Of a DNA stretch of 64,000 nt, positions 52,154 through 63,997 are shown piece after piece. Below the pieces are notes generated by a model. That model was given only the letters and a program-made list of their open reading frames with translations. It did not search any database and had not been told where the DNA came from. Positions within the stretch are counted from its first letter, which is position 1. The number at the start of each line of letters is the position of its first letter. The translations under genes and the position numbers were made by a program. The stretch comes from Heptranchias perlo (taxonomy: Eukaryota), in the NCBI RefSeq assembly GCF_035084215.1, contig NC_090331.1, forward strand, positions 72,416,001 to 72,480,000, in the 5' to 3' direction.

Positions 52154-54440
52154 CTAGAAGTCCCTCATGCGCCTGAAAGATCCGATAGTTGAGCTGTAGC
52201 CACCCCAGTCACTGAATCTCCTGTATTCACCGGGTCTCATGAAGTGCTGTCGGCCTCTGTAGTTGGGATGTTCATAGAAGGTCCAGTAACCGTCCATCAC
52301 ATGGCAGGAGTGAATGTCACGGTAGCGGAAACGATCGTAGACAGATGGACAGTCATCTGTGAATTCCATCATCTGTCCTCCAAAGTCAGGCCTCTCGTAA
52401 ATCCTCATTCTGTAGTTTCCACCACTGTACTGTAATATAAATAAGATCATATTAGTGAAGAAACTATAAATGTTCAGTGTCTAGTAAGACTGCCTCCTTG
52501 TGAGAAGAGAGTATAGTAAGGGTTACAGATGATGTTTCTGAAAAGCAAGAGACCGTTCAGTGACATCTATTGAAGCAGCAGATTCTCTGCTCACTGAAGT
52601 CACCAAGCAGCTCATGTGTGAATGATAAGATAAGATGCCTAAGTTCTGAGACTCGCTGTAGGTGGTATTTTTACATTCCAAACTTCCAATCGAACAATTA
52701 GGCTTTAAGTTCTAATTGGTTAATTATTGTGAAATAATTCATCCAATTATATTCCTGTATTTTATTGAAACTTTGGACTGGTGCACAGATCATGGGCATC
52801 ATTTTGACTCCCAGCCGGGAATTGGGCGGGGGGCTCAAATTGCGGAAAGAAAACCCAGAAGTACGGCTTCCCTGGACATCCTCACGATATTGACGTAAGG
52901 ACGTCTTTTTTTGTTGGTTTGCCGTCCGACTGACTCGCCTGATTGACAGGCTGGTGTCAATCAGATGGGAAAACAGCCAGGGAGAGGATGTGTTCAGGTA
53001 AGTCTTCAGGTAAGTCTTTATTTGTATGGGTGGAGGGGAACATAAGGGACAGGGTTGGCACAGGGGGCATTCGAGCACAGGAGCATGGGGGCACAGCATC
53101 ATGGGGCACAGGGGCACGGGGACTCAGGGGCCATGGGTTGGAATGAGGCATGGGTTGGCACATGGACATGGGTTGGCATGGTGCATGCATTGGCAAGGGG
53201 GCAAGGGTTGGCAGGGGACGCCTGAGGGCAGTCAGTCATGGGCGGGAGGGATCGGGGGTCAGTCACAGACATCCACGAACTTTGGAGGGGTCAGGGGTCA
53301 TCCTGGGCGTCCGTGATTGTTGGGGGCAGGATCGTGGTTGGGGGTTGGGGGTCTGCGATTGTTGAGGGTGAGCGGAGATCGGGGGCAGGGATTCCTGACT
53401 GTGGGGAGGGGTCGGGGTTCGGGGGCACGTGTCCGCTATCATTGGGAGACGGGTCGGGATCATCGCGGGGGTTCAGTGATCATTGGGGGTTCGCTGCAGG
53501 TAGGCTGGTTGGGCCTGGGGGAAGCACTCCTGCTCCTCCGAACCCACAAGCTGTGTCAGAAAGGCACCTATCTGTTAGTCTCGGACCTCCTAGCCTCCTT
53601 TCAAGTGGCATAAAAGAGAAGCCCGGAAATCCCAGCCCCTCGGGGTTGAAATCGGAAACTGTGGAAAATTGGAGGCCTGCAGCGTCAATGAAAGGTTTTA
53701 AAGTCTGACCAGCCTCCTGGGAGTGGCTTGGCCACCCAGCCCCTCATCCCACCCCGGTAAAAAGGTGGAATGGGGGTGGGTTAGGGGTGGGTCTGAAATG
53801 GTTGAGATTTTGAATGCCCCCACCACTCCCAACCCACCCGTTTTTCATTACTGAAAGCGTGCCCGATATGTCACCTAGTCTTTTAAGTTTGGATAATTAA
53901 ACTGTTCATAACCAAGCTGTGTATCTTCACTATCACTACAAATATCAGGTCATTTCGATATACAAAGCCTTAATACAAGTGAAAACAGCTGAAGTGTTTT
54001 CCCAGTTGACATTGACAAACTCAATTGCTCAGCAAGTTGTCATTAATTTGTCCTCAATCTGGGTAAAATATAAAAATCATAAAAGGTAACTTACGTATGG
54101 GTATGTGCGACATGACCTGATGTTGTCATTGAATCCCATCCAGCGCTGGTAGTCAGGATATTCTCCTCTGCTCAGAACATACTGATATCCCATGTAATTG
54201 GGTCTCTCATACAGCACCCACCAGTCACTCTCAACACGGATGGAGTTGCAGCGGCTGAAGTCAGAGGACAGGTCAGCACAGTCAGTACTGCACTCGTAGT
54301 GCCGACCCTGGAAGTTCCTGTCTTCATAAAAGATGATCTGTGGAAAGATATAGATTTGCAAGTTAATAATTTCTAAAAATTAGGAGATTGAATAATTATA
54401 ATAAAAAGGATAAAATCTGAGTTCTCCTTGCCTTTCCCAT
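52154..54440 (-). CDS. cryg: Gamma-crystallin gene 6 (type A), 175 aa; exons 54432-54440, 54095-54337, 52154-52429
   Basis: Intact three-exon gene with A-type residues C23, N75, R77, plus D29, S86, T108, R117, H146. Its longer intron 2 contains a GC-rich insertion. Confidence 0.94.
52794..53864. mobile_element. G-rich non-coding insertion (~1.07 kb) with short imperfect terminal inverted repeats in intron 2 of gene 6; probable non-autonomous DNA transposon
   Basis: Begins GGGCATCATTTT and ends AAAGCGTGCCC. Flanks cat and gat (possible degenerate 3-bp TSD). Absent from type-B introns. Confidence 0.65.
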
Positions 54441-54488
54441 TTTGAGCTCACAGTTAGACTGAATGTTTCACTGCTTCACACAGCTTGG

Positions 54489-54568
54489 TGTTTATATGCT
54501 GGGCAGAAAGGCCACTCTATTCTATATCTTTGTTATTCTAATGATTCAGGATTGAAACTCAGCAAAAA
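54489..54568 (-). promoter_or_regulatory. Gene 6 proximal promoter (TATAAACA)
   Basis: tgtttata at 54489-54496, with SOX-like and half-MARE motifs. Confidence 0.68.
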
Positions 54569-55218
54569 TCATCAAAGCACATGTTGCATTCATTGTAGAA
54601 AAACACCTGAAAGATGCCTGATGTGTCATTTATTCTTTCCCCTTGGCCTTCCTGTCATTTTAATTGTTGTTTGAACAAAGCACTTCTGGGACAATCACAG
54701 ATACAAATCACTCAGGTCTGTTTCAAATAGTTTGGTGTAACCGCCTGGTTCTGCTCCCAAACTGGCAATGAAGACAGAGATATCCAGAGCATGTCGATTC
54801 GGTTATTGCCTTGTACACATCTGGTTGATGTATAATTACGAGTGAGTTTAGTTTCCAGATTGCACCACTGCCCCTCTCCAAATCCTTCATTCAATGATAT
54901 CACGGCCGGCATCAATCTGATGACATTATTGCCTTCATGTGCAACCATATTGTGGGTGGTGTTTATTAACACAAATTACAGATCACACATTGTTTATTTA
55001 GTTTATCAGAGTCTTTGATAGAAACTTACTGTCTGCTTTTTTGTTTTTAAGTCAGGGACAACTAATAGGAATATTCAAATAAGTAAGAGAACGATGGAAA
55101 TTTAAGATGTGGAAACCAACGTCAGAGATTGAAAGGAGCTTTCAGCTTTCATTGTCCTGAAGGCAAAGTGTTAAAGACCGGAGCGGTCTCCTTCGGGATA
55201 ACTTGGAAAAAAGGATGT

Positions 55219-55481
55219 GAGATCATTGCACTTTCCCAGATATCACTGTGCTTTTCCATAGATCACTGTACTTTCCCAGAGATCACTGTAATTTCCCAGA
55301 GAACATTGTGCTTTTGCATGGACCATTTTAATCTCTATGGGATCATTGTACTTTCCCAAAGATCACTGTACTTCCCAGAGAACACTGTACTTCCCAGAGA
55401 TCACTGTATTTTTCAGACATCACTGTGATCTCCCAGAGATCACAACACTTTCCCAGAGACAACTGTACTTTCCCGGAGAAC
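55219..55481. repeat. 20-bp minisatellite, ~13 units (A-type)
   Basis: Same consensus. Unit pattern matches 1673-1937. Confidence 0.9.
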
Positions 55482-57027
55482 AATTTAAAACGGCCTTTTC
55501 CTGTTAATTGAGGAGTGATCCAGTTCTATTTTGAGCTCCCTCAAAGCAGCGCAACTTGGGTTGAGAACAAGGTTGTGCAGAGGATTGTAGCTGTGATACT
55601 TTGGCCCCAAACCTTTGCTGTATTTGACCCATAAATCATGAAACTTATATAAGGGGGGGAAAGTAGACCAATGATTAAAAACAGATAAGAAACATTAATC
55701 ATTGATCATTGTTAATGTCACTGACCTGAGGAAGATTACTTCCATAAAGAATATCAATTATGTCTTTTAATAAAAATATGACTGAGGTTGCATTCCAACA
55801 AGGAACCAGTTGCAGAGTTGTGATTGATTCAGCAAATCGTGCAAATGTGCACCTTACCTGACTGAGTGCAATAACAGAACCTCCTGTGATTCATAAATTT
55901 GTATTTTACCAAACGAGCAACCTTTGTACTCGGGGTAGTTTAGAAGCAGCTCTGTCAGTTACATCACTACATTTTTAAAATAAATCGTGGAATAAACAAA
56001 ATTTTCAGGATGGGATTGACGTTGTGCCCCTCATAAGTAAAAATAAAGAATACAGGAAGTGAAATTCGACATCTCGATTTTCAAAATTGTACAATGTTAA
56101 TCCACTACACACCAGTGACTTGGCCAATTGTACATTTTCTGCTCTGTATTAAACTCTGGAAACCATTCTGTGTATTAATGGCAATAAGTGGTTCCTGAAA
56201 ACATACGAACATACAAAAATGTAGGGTAGGAAAAGGCCAGCAGGTCCATCAAGCCTGCCCCACATGCATGATGGCTGGAGCATCACAACTGGACCTATCC
56301 TACCTCCCCAAAGCCATGTTATCTCCTGCTATCTCCATCAATCCACTGTGAGACCACAACTTGTCCTTCACAGTGGAGAAGAGCTCAGTGATCCAAACCT
56401 TCTCATTATTTTCACTGCCTGCTCTCTCAGGTTTCAGGGCTGGTCTCCCAGGCGATGTCGGAGCAGAGTGCACTTCAATCAAATCGACTCTCCGTTAGAA
56501 GTGTCATTTTCCTGACTGCAAGATAGCCAGGATTTCGTTAAAAATCCTTCTTGCAGCCCATCCAAGGAGTACCCTGGAAATATTATTCCTCCTTGGTTTT
56601 GACTTGTATAAAATCTAGTTTAAAATCTTTTAAAATCTAGTGTTAATTGCTATTAACTGTTAAGTATGATCGACTGTTTCAGTTCAATTTTAAACTTTAA
56701 ATTTTTAAGTTTGTCAGGCTGAAGCAGAGACAAACTGGAGAGCTGCTGTCGTTCGTTAAATGGTTCGCTGGATTAAACTGGTTCCTGAAAGAGTCGCAGA
56801 GCAGGGCTGACTCATCTGAGTCACAAACAGTGGAAATAACAGGGGCCTGTGAGTGCAACGGCACTGAGTGCAGTGGGGACGGAGTGAACAACTTGAGAGT
56901 TTGGGAAGTGTGGGAGTTCGGTGAAGTGGGGGAAGGAGGTGCTGCTTTGCCTTGCTTTTCCTAACTTTTCCACAGAGCAGCGGCAGACCTGAGCAGCAGC
57001 AGACTGAGAACGGGATAAAAGCAACAG

Positions 57028-58827
57028 CATAAGACCATAAGAACATAAGAGACAGGAGAAGGAGTAGGCCATTCGGCCCCTCGAGCCTGCTCCGCCATTT
57101 AATGAGATCATGGCTGATCTGATTTTTACCTCAACTCCACCTTCCTGCACTTTCCCCATATCCTTGACTACCTTGCCGATCAAAAATTTGTCTAACTCAG
57201 CCTTGATTGTGTTCAATGATTCAGCCTCCACAGCTTTTTGGAGTGACCCCTTATTCTGAGATTATGAAACCCAAGTTTTAGATTCCCCCATAAGGGATAA
57301 CATCCTCTCAGCATCTACACTATCGAGTCCCCTCAGAATCTTGTATGTTTCAATAAGATCTCCTCTCATTCTTCCAAACTCCAATGAGTATACACCCAAC
57401 CTGTTCAATCTTCCCTCATAAGACAACCCTTCCATACCCGGAATCAACCTCGTGAACCTTCTTTGAACTGCCTCCAATGCAAGGATATCCTTCCTGAAAT
57501 AAGGGCACCAGGACTGTACGCAGTACTCCAGGTGTGGCCTCACCAGCACCCTGTACAGTTGTAGAATGACTTCCCTGCTTTTATACTCCATCCCCCTGGA
57601 AATAAAGGCCACTATTCCGTTTGCCTTCCGGATTACCTGCTGCCCCTGTATGTTGACTTTTTGTGTTTCATGTACGACGACACCCAGATCCCTCTGTACC
57701 GCAGCATTTTGTAGTATTTCTCCATTCAAATAATATTTTGCTTTTTTATTTTTCCTCCCAAAGTGGATGACTTCACATTTTCCCACATTATATTCCATCT
57801 GCCAAATTTCTGCCCATTCGCTTAACCTGTCAGTATCCCTTTGCAGACACTTTGTGTCCTCATCGCAACTTGCTTTTCCACCTATCTTTGTATCATCAGT
57901 AAATTTGGTCACATGACACTCTGTTCCTTCATCCAAGTCATTGATATATATTGTAAATAGTTGAGGCCCCAGCACTGATCCCTGCGGCACCTCACTAGTT
58001 ACAGATAACCATTTTGAAAATGACCCTTTTATTCCGACTCTTTGTTTTCTGTTCGCTAGCCAGTCTTCTATCCATGCCAGTAAATTTCCCCCAGCTCCAT
58101 GAGCTCCTATCTTGTGCAGTACTCTTTGATGTGGCACCTTATCGAATGCCTTTAGGAAATCCAAATATACTGCATCCATTGGTTCACCTTTATCCACCCT
58201 GCCCGTTACTTCCTCAAAGAACTCCAATAAATTTGTCAGACATGATTTCCCCTTCATAAAACCATGTTGACTCTCCTTGATTGTATTATGAGTCTCCAAA
58301 TGTCCTGCTGTTACTTCCTTAATCATGGATTCTCGCATTTTCCCAATGACAGATGTTAGGCTAAGTGGTCTGTAGTTACCTGCTTTCGATCTCACTCCCT
58401 TCTTGAATAGGGGTGTTACATTTGCGGTTTTCCAATCCGCTGCAACCTTCCCAGAATCTAGTGAATTCTGGAAGATGACAACCAATGCATCCACTATCTC
58501 TGCAGCCACTTCCTTTAAGACCCTTGGATGCAAGCCATAAGGTCCAGGGGACTTGTCAGCCTTTAGACCCATTAGTTTCCCTAGTACTTTTTCTCTCGTG
58601 ATAGTGATTGTTTTTAGATCCTCCCCCCATTTTGCCCCTTGATTTTCTACAATTATTGTAATGTTATTAGTGTCTTCTACTCTGAAGACAGATACAAACT
58701 ATCTGTTCAATTCCTCTGCCATTTCCTTGTTTTCCATTATTATTTCCCCAGTCTCATCCTCTAAGGGACCAATGTTTACTTTAGCTACCCTCTTCCTTTT
58801 TATATACTTGTCGAAGCTTATTTTTTT
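57028..58827 (-). mobile_element. Nested antisense CR1, copy 5
   Basis: 436-aa RT ORF at 57262-58572 (FTDD). Flanks caacag and cagcag. Confidence 0.92.
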
Positions 58828-59029
58828 CAGCAGACCTGCAATCAGAGAAAACTGCAGTGTGACGTCGCAGGTGAGGCAGGTAAGTGATTGGTAGTGACTG
58901 TGGGCTAAGTTTTGAGTTAACATATAGCATATAACTAAATTTTAAAAACTAAACTTAATTGAATTAATCTAATAAATTAAACAAGGAAAATAATTTGTTT
59001 AACTCTAAATTAATGAAATAAATAAAATA

Positions 59030-59982
59030 ATGGGAGAACAAGAGATGTGTTCCTGCTGCAATATGTGGGAGCTTATGGACCTTTTTGTCCAGGGTAATGA
59101 CATCTGCAGTAAGTGTCTGCTGATCGAGGAACTTCGGCCTCGAGTTGAGGAGCTGGAGTTCGAGCTGCGGATGTTGCGAGACATCAGGGAGGGAGAAAGC
59201 GACCTGGACCTTTTGCTCCAGGAGGCAGTCACACCCCTTAGATTAGATACTTTAGAACTGACACATGGTCAGGGACAGGAGGGTGTGACTGTGAGTGAGG
59301 CAGGTTCGGGGGTCCAGGAGGTCGTATTGCAGGATCCTCAGTCCCTGCGCTTGTCCAATGGATTTGAGGTTCTTGCAACCCATGTGGACAAGCGTGGGAC
59401 TGCGTGCAGGATGAGCAAACTGACCACGGCATCATGTTGCACAAAGCCGTTCAAGTGGGGGGAGTAAAAAGGAAGGTGGTTGCAGTAGGCGACAGTATAG
59501 TTAGGAGGATAGACACTGTTCTCTGCAGCCAGGAGCATGAGTCCCGAAGTCTATGTTGCCAACCCGGTGCCAGGGTTAAGGTTATCTCCTACGGGCTGGA
59601 GAAGAACTTGGAGTGGGAGGGGGAGGACCTTGTTGTCGTGGTCAATATTGGTGCCAATGACATTGGTTGGACTAAGAAAAAGGTTCTACTGAGAGAGTTT
59701 GAGCAGCTGGGGACTAAATTAAAAAGCAGAACTACAAAGGTAATAATCTCTGGATTGTTACCTGAGCCACGAGCAAATTGGCATAAGGTCAATAAGATCA
59801 GAGGGATGAATGCGTGGCTCAAAGATTGGTGTGGGAGAAGTGAGTTTCGATTCATGGGGCACTGGCACCAGTACTGGGGAAAGAGAGAGCTGTTCCGTTG
59901 GGTCAGACTACACCTGAACCATGCTGGGACCAGAGTTCTATCAAATCAAATAACTAGGGAGGTAGATAGGGCTTTAAACTAA
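59030..59982 (+). pseudogene. CR1 ORF1 (Cys-rich zinc finger, coiled coil, SGNH/GDSL esterase), one frameshift; representative copy
   Basis: ORFs 59030-59467 (CSCC...ICSKC, LEFELRML) and 59404-59982 (VGDSIVRR, IGANDI, VRLHLN) overlap in different frames. Esterase-type ORF1 is established for some CR1-clade LINEs. Confidence 0.85.
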
Positions 59983-60196
59983 ATAAGGGGCGGAGGAAGG
60001 GTCCCGCTGGAGAGAAATCTAGAATGTCAAAGAGAAAAGACAAGGAAGCAGTGCAGGAAAGTGATTGGGGTAAGGATAACCAGATTGTGTCAGGAAGGGA
60101 CAGACCGTACAAACAAAAGAGTGCACTAACAAATAGAGTCCGGGAAAGAAAAATGGTAATAAGACTAATGGGGCTAGAGTACATAAAAATGTAAAG

Positions 60197-62990
60197 ATGT
60201 CTAAAAATGTTAAAAAGACAAATCCAAAGGCACTGTATCTGAATGCACGAAGCATTCGTAATAAAGTAGATGAATTAACAGCACAAATAGATGTAAACGG
60301 ATATGATATAATTGCAATTACAGAGACTTGGCTGCAGGGTAACCAAGGCTGGAAGCTTAATATCCAAGGGTATTCGATATTTAGGAAGGACAGGCAAAAA
60401 GGAAAAGGAGGTGGGATGGCATTGTTAGTAAAGGATGAAATCAGAGCAATAGTGAGAAAGGATAATGGCTCAGAAAATCAAGATGTAGAATCAGTCTGGG
60501 TGGAGTTATGAAGCAACAAGGGGCAGAAAACACTGGTGGGAGTAGTCTATAGGCCTCCAAACAGTAATAGTAATGTAGGGCATCAAACAGGAAATTAGAG
60601 GCGCATGTAACGAGGGTACTCGAGTAATCATGGGTGACTTTAATCTACATACAGACTGGCCAAACCAAATGAATTCCTGGAGTGTGTACGAGATGATTTT
60701 TTCGACCAGTACATTGAGGAGCCAACCAGGGAACAGGCTATCCTAGATTGGGTATTGTGCAATGAGAAGGGATTAATAAATAATCTTGTTGTGCGGGTCC
60801 TTAGGGGAAGAGTGACCTTAACATTATAGAAGTCTTCATTAAGATGGAAAGTGAAGTAGTCCAATCTGAAACTGGGGTCCTAAATCTAAAGAAAGGAAAC
60901 TATGAAGGTATGAGGAGTGAGTTGGCTCTGATAGATTGGGAAGCTTCATTAAAAGGCATGATGGTGGATAGGCAATGGCTCACATTTAAGGAACGAATGC
61001 ATGAATTGCAACAATTATACATTCCTTTCTGGTGCAAAAACACAAAAGGAAAAGCGGCCCAACCATGGCTAACAATAGAAATTAAAGATAGTGCTAGATC
61101 CAATGAGGAGTCATATAAAGTTGCCAGAAAAAGCAGCAAGCCTGAGGATTGGGAGCAGTTCAGAATTCAGCAAATAAGGGACAAGGGATTGATTAAGAGG
61201 GGAAAAATAGAGTACGAGAGTGAACTTGCAATGAACATGAAAGTGGACTGTACAAGCTTCTACAAGTATGTAAAAAGAAAAAGATTAGTGAAGGCAAAGG
61301 GAGGTCCCTTACAGTCAGAAACGGGAGAATTTATAATGGGGAACAGGGAAATGGCAGAGCAATTAAACAAATACTTTGGTTCTGTCTTCACAGAAGACGA
61401 CACAGAAAACTTCCCAGAAATGCTCGAGGACCAAAGGATGAGTGAGAAGGAGGAATTAAAGGAAATTAGTATTCGTAAAAACATAGTGCTGGGGAAATTA
61501 ATGGGACTGAAAGTCGATAAATCCCCAGGGCCGAATAAACTGCATTACAGAGCACTAAAAGAGGTAGCCATGGAAATAGTGGATGCATTCGTTGTCATCG
61601 TCCTAAATTCTATAGATTATGGAACAGTTCCTGCAGATTGGAGGATGGCAAATGGAAACCCACTATTTCAAAAAGAAGGGAGAGAGAAATCAGGGAACGA
61701 CAGATCGGTAAGCCTAACATCAATAGCAGGGAAATTGCTAGAGTCTTTGATGAAGGATGTGTTAATAGGACCCTTAGAAAAAATCAACGGAATTAGACAA
61801 AGTCAACGTGGATTTATGAAAGGGAAAGCATTTTTGACAAACCTACAAGAGTTTTTTGAGGATGAAACTGGTCGAATAGATAAGGGAGAACCAGTGGATG
61901 TGGTTTATTTGGATTTTCAGAAGGCCTTTGCTAAAGTCCCACATAAGAGGTTAGTGGGCAAAATTAAAGCACAGGGAATTGGTTGTAATATACTGGCATG
62001 GATTGAAAATTGGTTAACAGACAGGAAAGAGAGTCGGAATAAATGGGTCTTTTTCGGGGTGGCAGGCAGTGACTAGTGGGGTACCTCAGGGATCAGTGCT
62101 CGGGCCCCAGATATTCACAATATATATCAATGATTTGGATGAGGGAAGCAAATATAATATTTCCAAGTTTGCTGACGACACAAAACTCGGTGGGATTGTC
62201 AGTTGTGAGGAGGATGCAAAGAGGCTTCAAGGCAATTTAAACAAGTTGAGCGAGTGGGCAAAGTATAATGTGGAAAAATGTGAAGTTATCCACTTCGGAA
62301 GGAAAAACAGAAAGGCAGAGTATTATTTCAATGGTGATAGATTGGGAAATGGTTGATGTACAAAGGAACCTGGGTGTCCTTGTACACCAGTCACTGAAAG
62401 CAAACATGCAGTTGCAGCAAGCAGTTAGGAAGGCAAATGGTATGTTGGCCTTCATTGCAAGAGGATTTAAATACAGGAGCAAGGATGTCTTACTGCAGTT
62501 ATACAGGGCCTTGATGAGACCACACCTAGAGTATAGTGTGCAGTTTTGGTCTCCTTACTTAAGAAAGGATCTGCTTGCCATGGAGGGAGTGCAGCGAAAG
62601 TTCACCAGACTGATTCCTGGGATGGCAGAACTGTCATATGAGGAGAGATTGGGTCGACTCGGCCTGTATTCACTCGAGTTTAGAGTGAGAGCGGATCTCA
62701 TTGAAACGTATAAAATTCTGACAGGGCTAGACAGACTGGATGCAGGGAGGATGTTTCCCCTGGCTGTGGGATCCAGAACGAGGGGTCACAGTCTCAGGAT
62801 ACGGGGTAGGACATTTAGGACTGAGATGAGGAGAAATTTCTTCACTCAGAGAGTGGTGAACCTGTGGAATTCTCTACGACAGAAGACTGTGCAGGCCAAG
62901 TCACTGAATATATTTAAGAAGGAGCGAGATAGATTTCTAGATGCAAAAGGCATCAAGGGGTATGGAGAGAGAGCGGGAATATGGTATTGA
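60197..62990 (+). pseudogene. CR1 ORF2 (APE endonuclease plus reverse transcriptase), fragmented; representative copy
   Basis: Fragments 60197-60511, 60844-62076, 62069-62356 and 62268-62990 carry successive APE and RT motifs separated by stops and frameshifts. Confidence 0.9.
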
Positions 62991-63721
62991 AGTAGAGGAT
63001 CAGCCATGATCATATTGAATGGCAGAGCAGGCTCGAACGACCGAATGGCCTACTCCTGCTCCTTTTTCTATGTTTCTATGTTAACCGACTTACATTGAGA
63101 ACCATGAGCGTGTGTACAGTTACAGCATTGAATCAAATGAGATTTTTCATGTACACCTGAGCAATATATCCACTTCTTCACTGAAAGTGGTGAACATTGG
63201 AAATGGATTTCAATATAATATTGTTTTCTGATGTGATTTTCAATGTTTGTACTTTAAAAAGCAGTTACATTCTCTTGGAGTTGAGGACGAGAGTGAAGCT
63301 GGACTAAATGCTGTGGATATTTTTACTTTAAAAGTGCCTGATTCTTATTCCAGGTTTCCTTTAGTCAACTGAGATGATATAGAAATGAGAACCTTGGATA
63401 TCATTCATGGGACAAGCAGCCCTCATTCATAGTGACTTACATTTTGATGCTCACTTTCATGAAGTCCGTGCATTGTATTGTCAGTCTCATGGACAACGTT
63501 CATTCTTAAATCTGCATTTACTGAATTGAAATCAATTCATTAGCTGAGATCAAAGAGGTACAATACTCGGCATGAGACACCAGCCTGAGATTTCCATGAG
63601 ATTTCTCTGTGATTTCCACCATTATCCAAATTTAAATGACAAACTTGTTTGTTAAGTAGAGGAGATTTTATTAATCTTAAGACCATTTCAGAGAGACAAA
63701 ATCATGTTTCTCAAGAACAAT

Positions 63722-63997
63722 CTAGAAGTCCCTCATGCTCCTGAATGATCCGATAGTTGATCTGTAGCCACCCCAGTCACTGAATCTCCTGTATTCACCG
63801 GGTCTCATGAAGTACTGTCGGCCTCTGTAGTTGGGATGTTCATAGAAGGTCCAGTAACCGTCCATCACATGGCAGGAGTGAATGTCACGGTAGCGGAAAC
63901 AATCGTAGACAGATGGACAGTCATCCATGAATTCCATCATCTGTCCTCCAAAGTCAGGCCTCTCGTAAATCCTCATTCTGTAGTTTCCACCTCTGTA
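63722..63997 (-). CDS. cryg: Gamma-crystallin gene 7 (B-like), exon 3 only; exons 1-2 lie beyond the window end
   Basis: Acceptor CAG at 63998-64000. 276-nt exon [16 protein letters not shown]...FRSMRDF* with B-type C117 and a private R171S. Confidence 0.92.
   Translation of the reverse strand, partial: YRGGNYRMRIYERPDFGGQMMEFMDDCPSVYDCFRYRDIHSCHVMDGYWTFYEHPNYRGRQYFMRPGEYRRFSDWGGYRSTIGSFRSMRDF

Larger units (their letters stand above)
56609..63082 (+). mobile_element. CR1 LINE composite, copy 5
   Basis: Same junctions. Sequence closest to copy 4. Confidence 0.93.

Noticed and set aside
52698-53708. Cluster of Gly/Pro/His-rich ORFs as a nested gene
   Set aside because: Overlapping ORFs in many frames arise from the stop-poor G-rich TE sequence in intron 2, with no recognisable domain.
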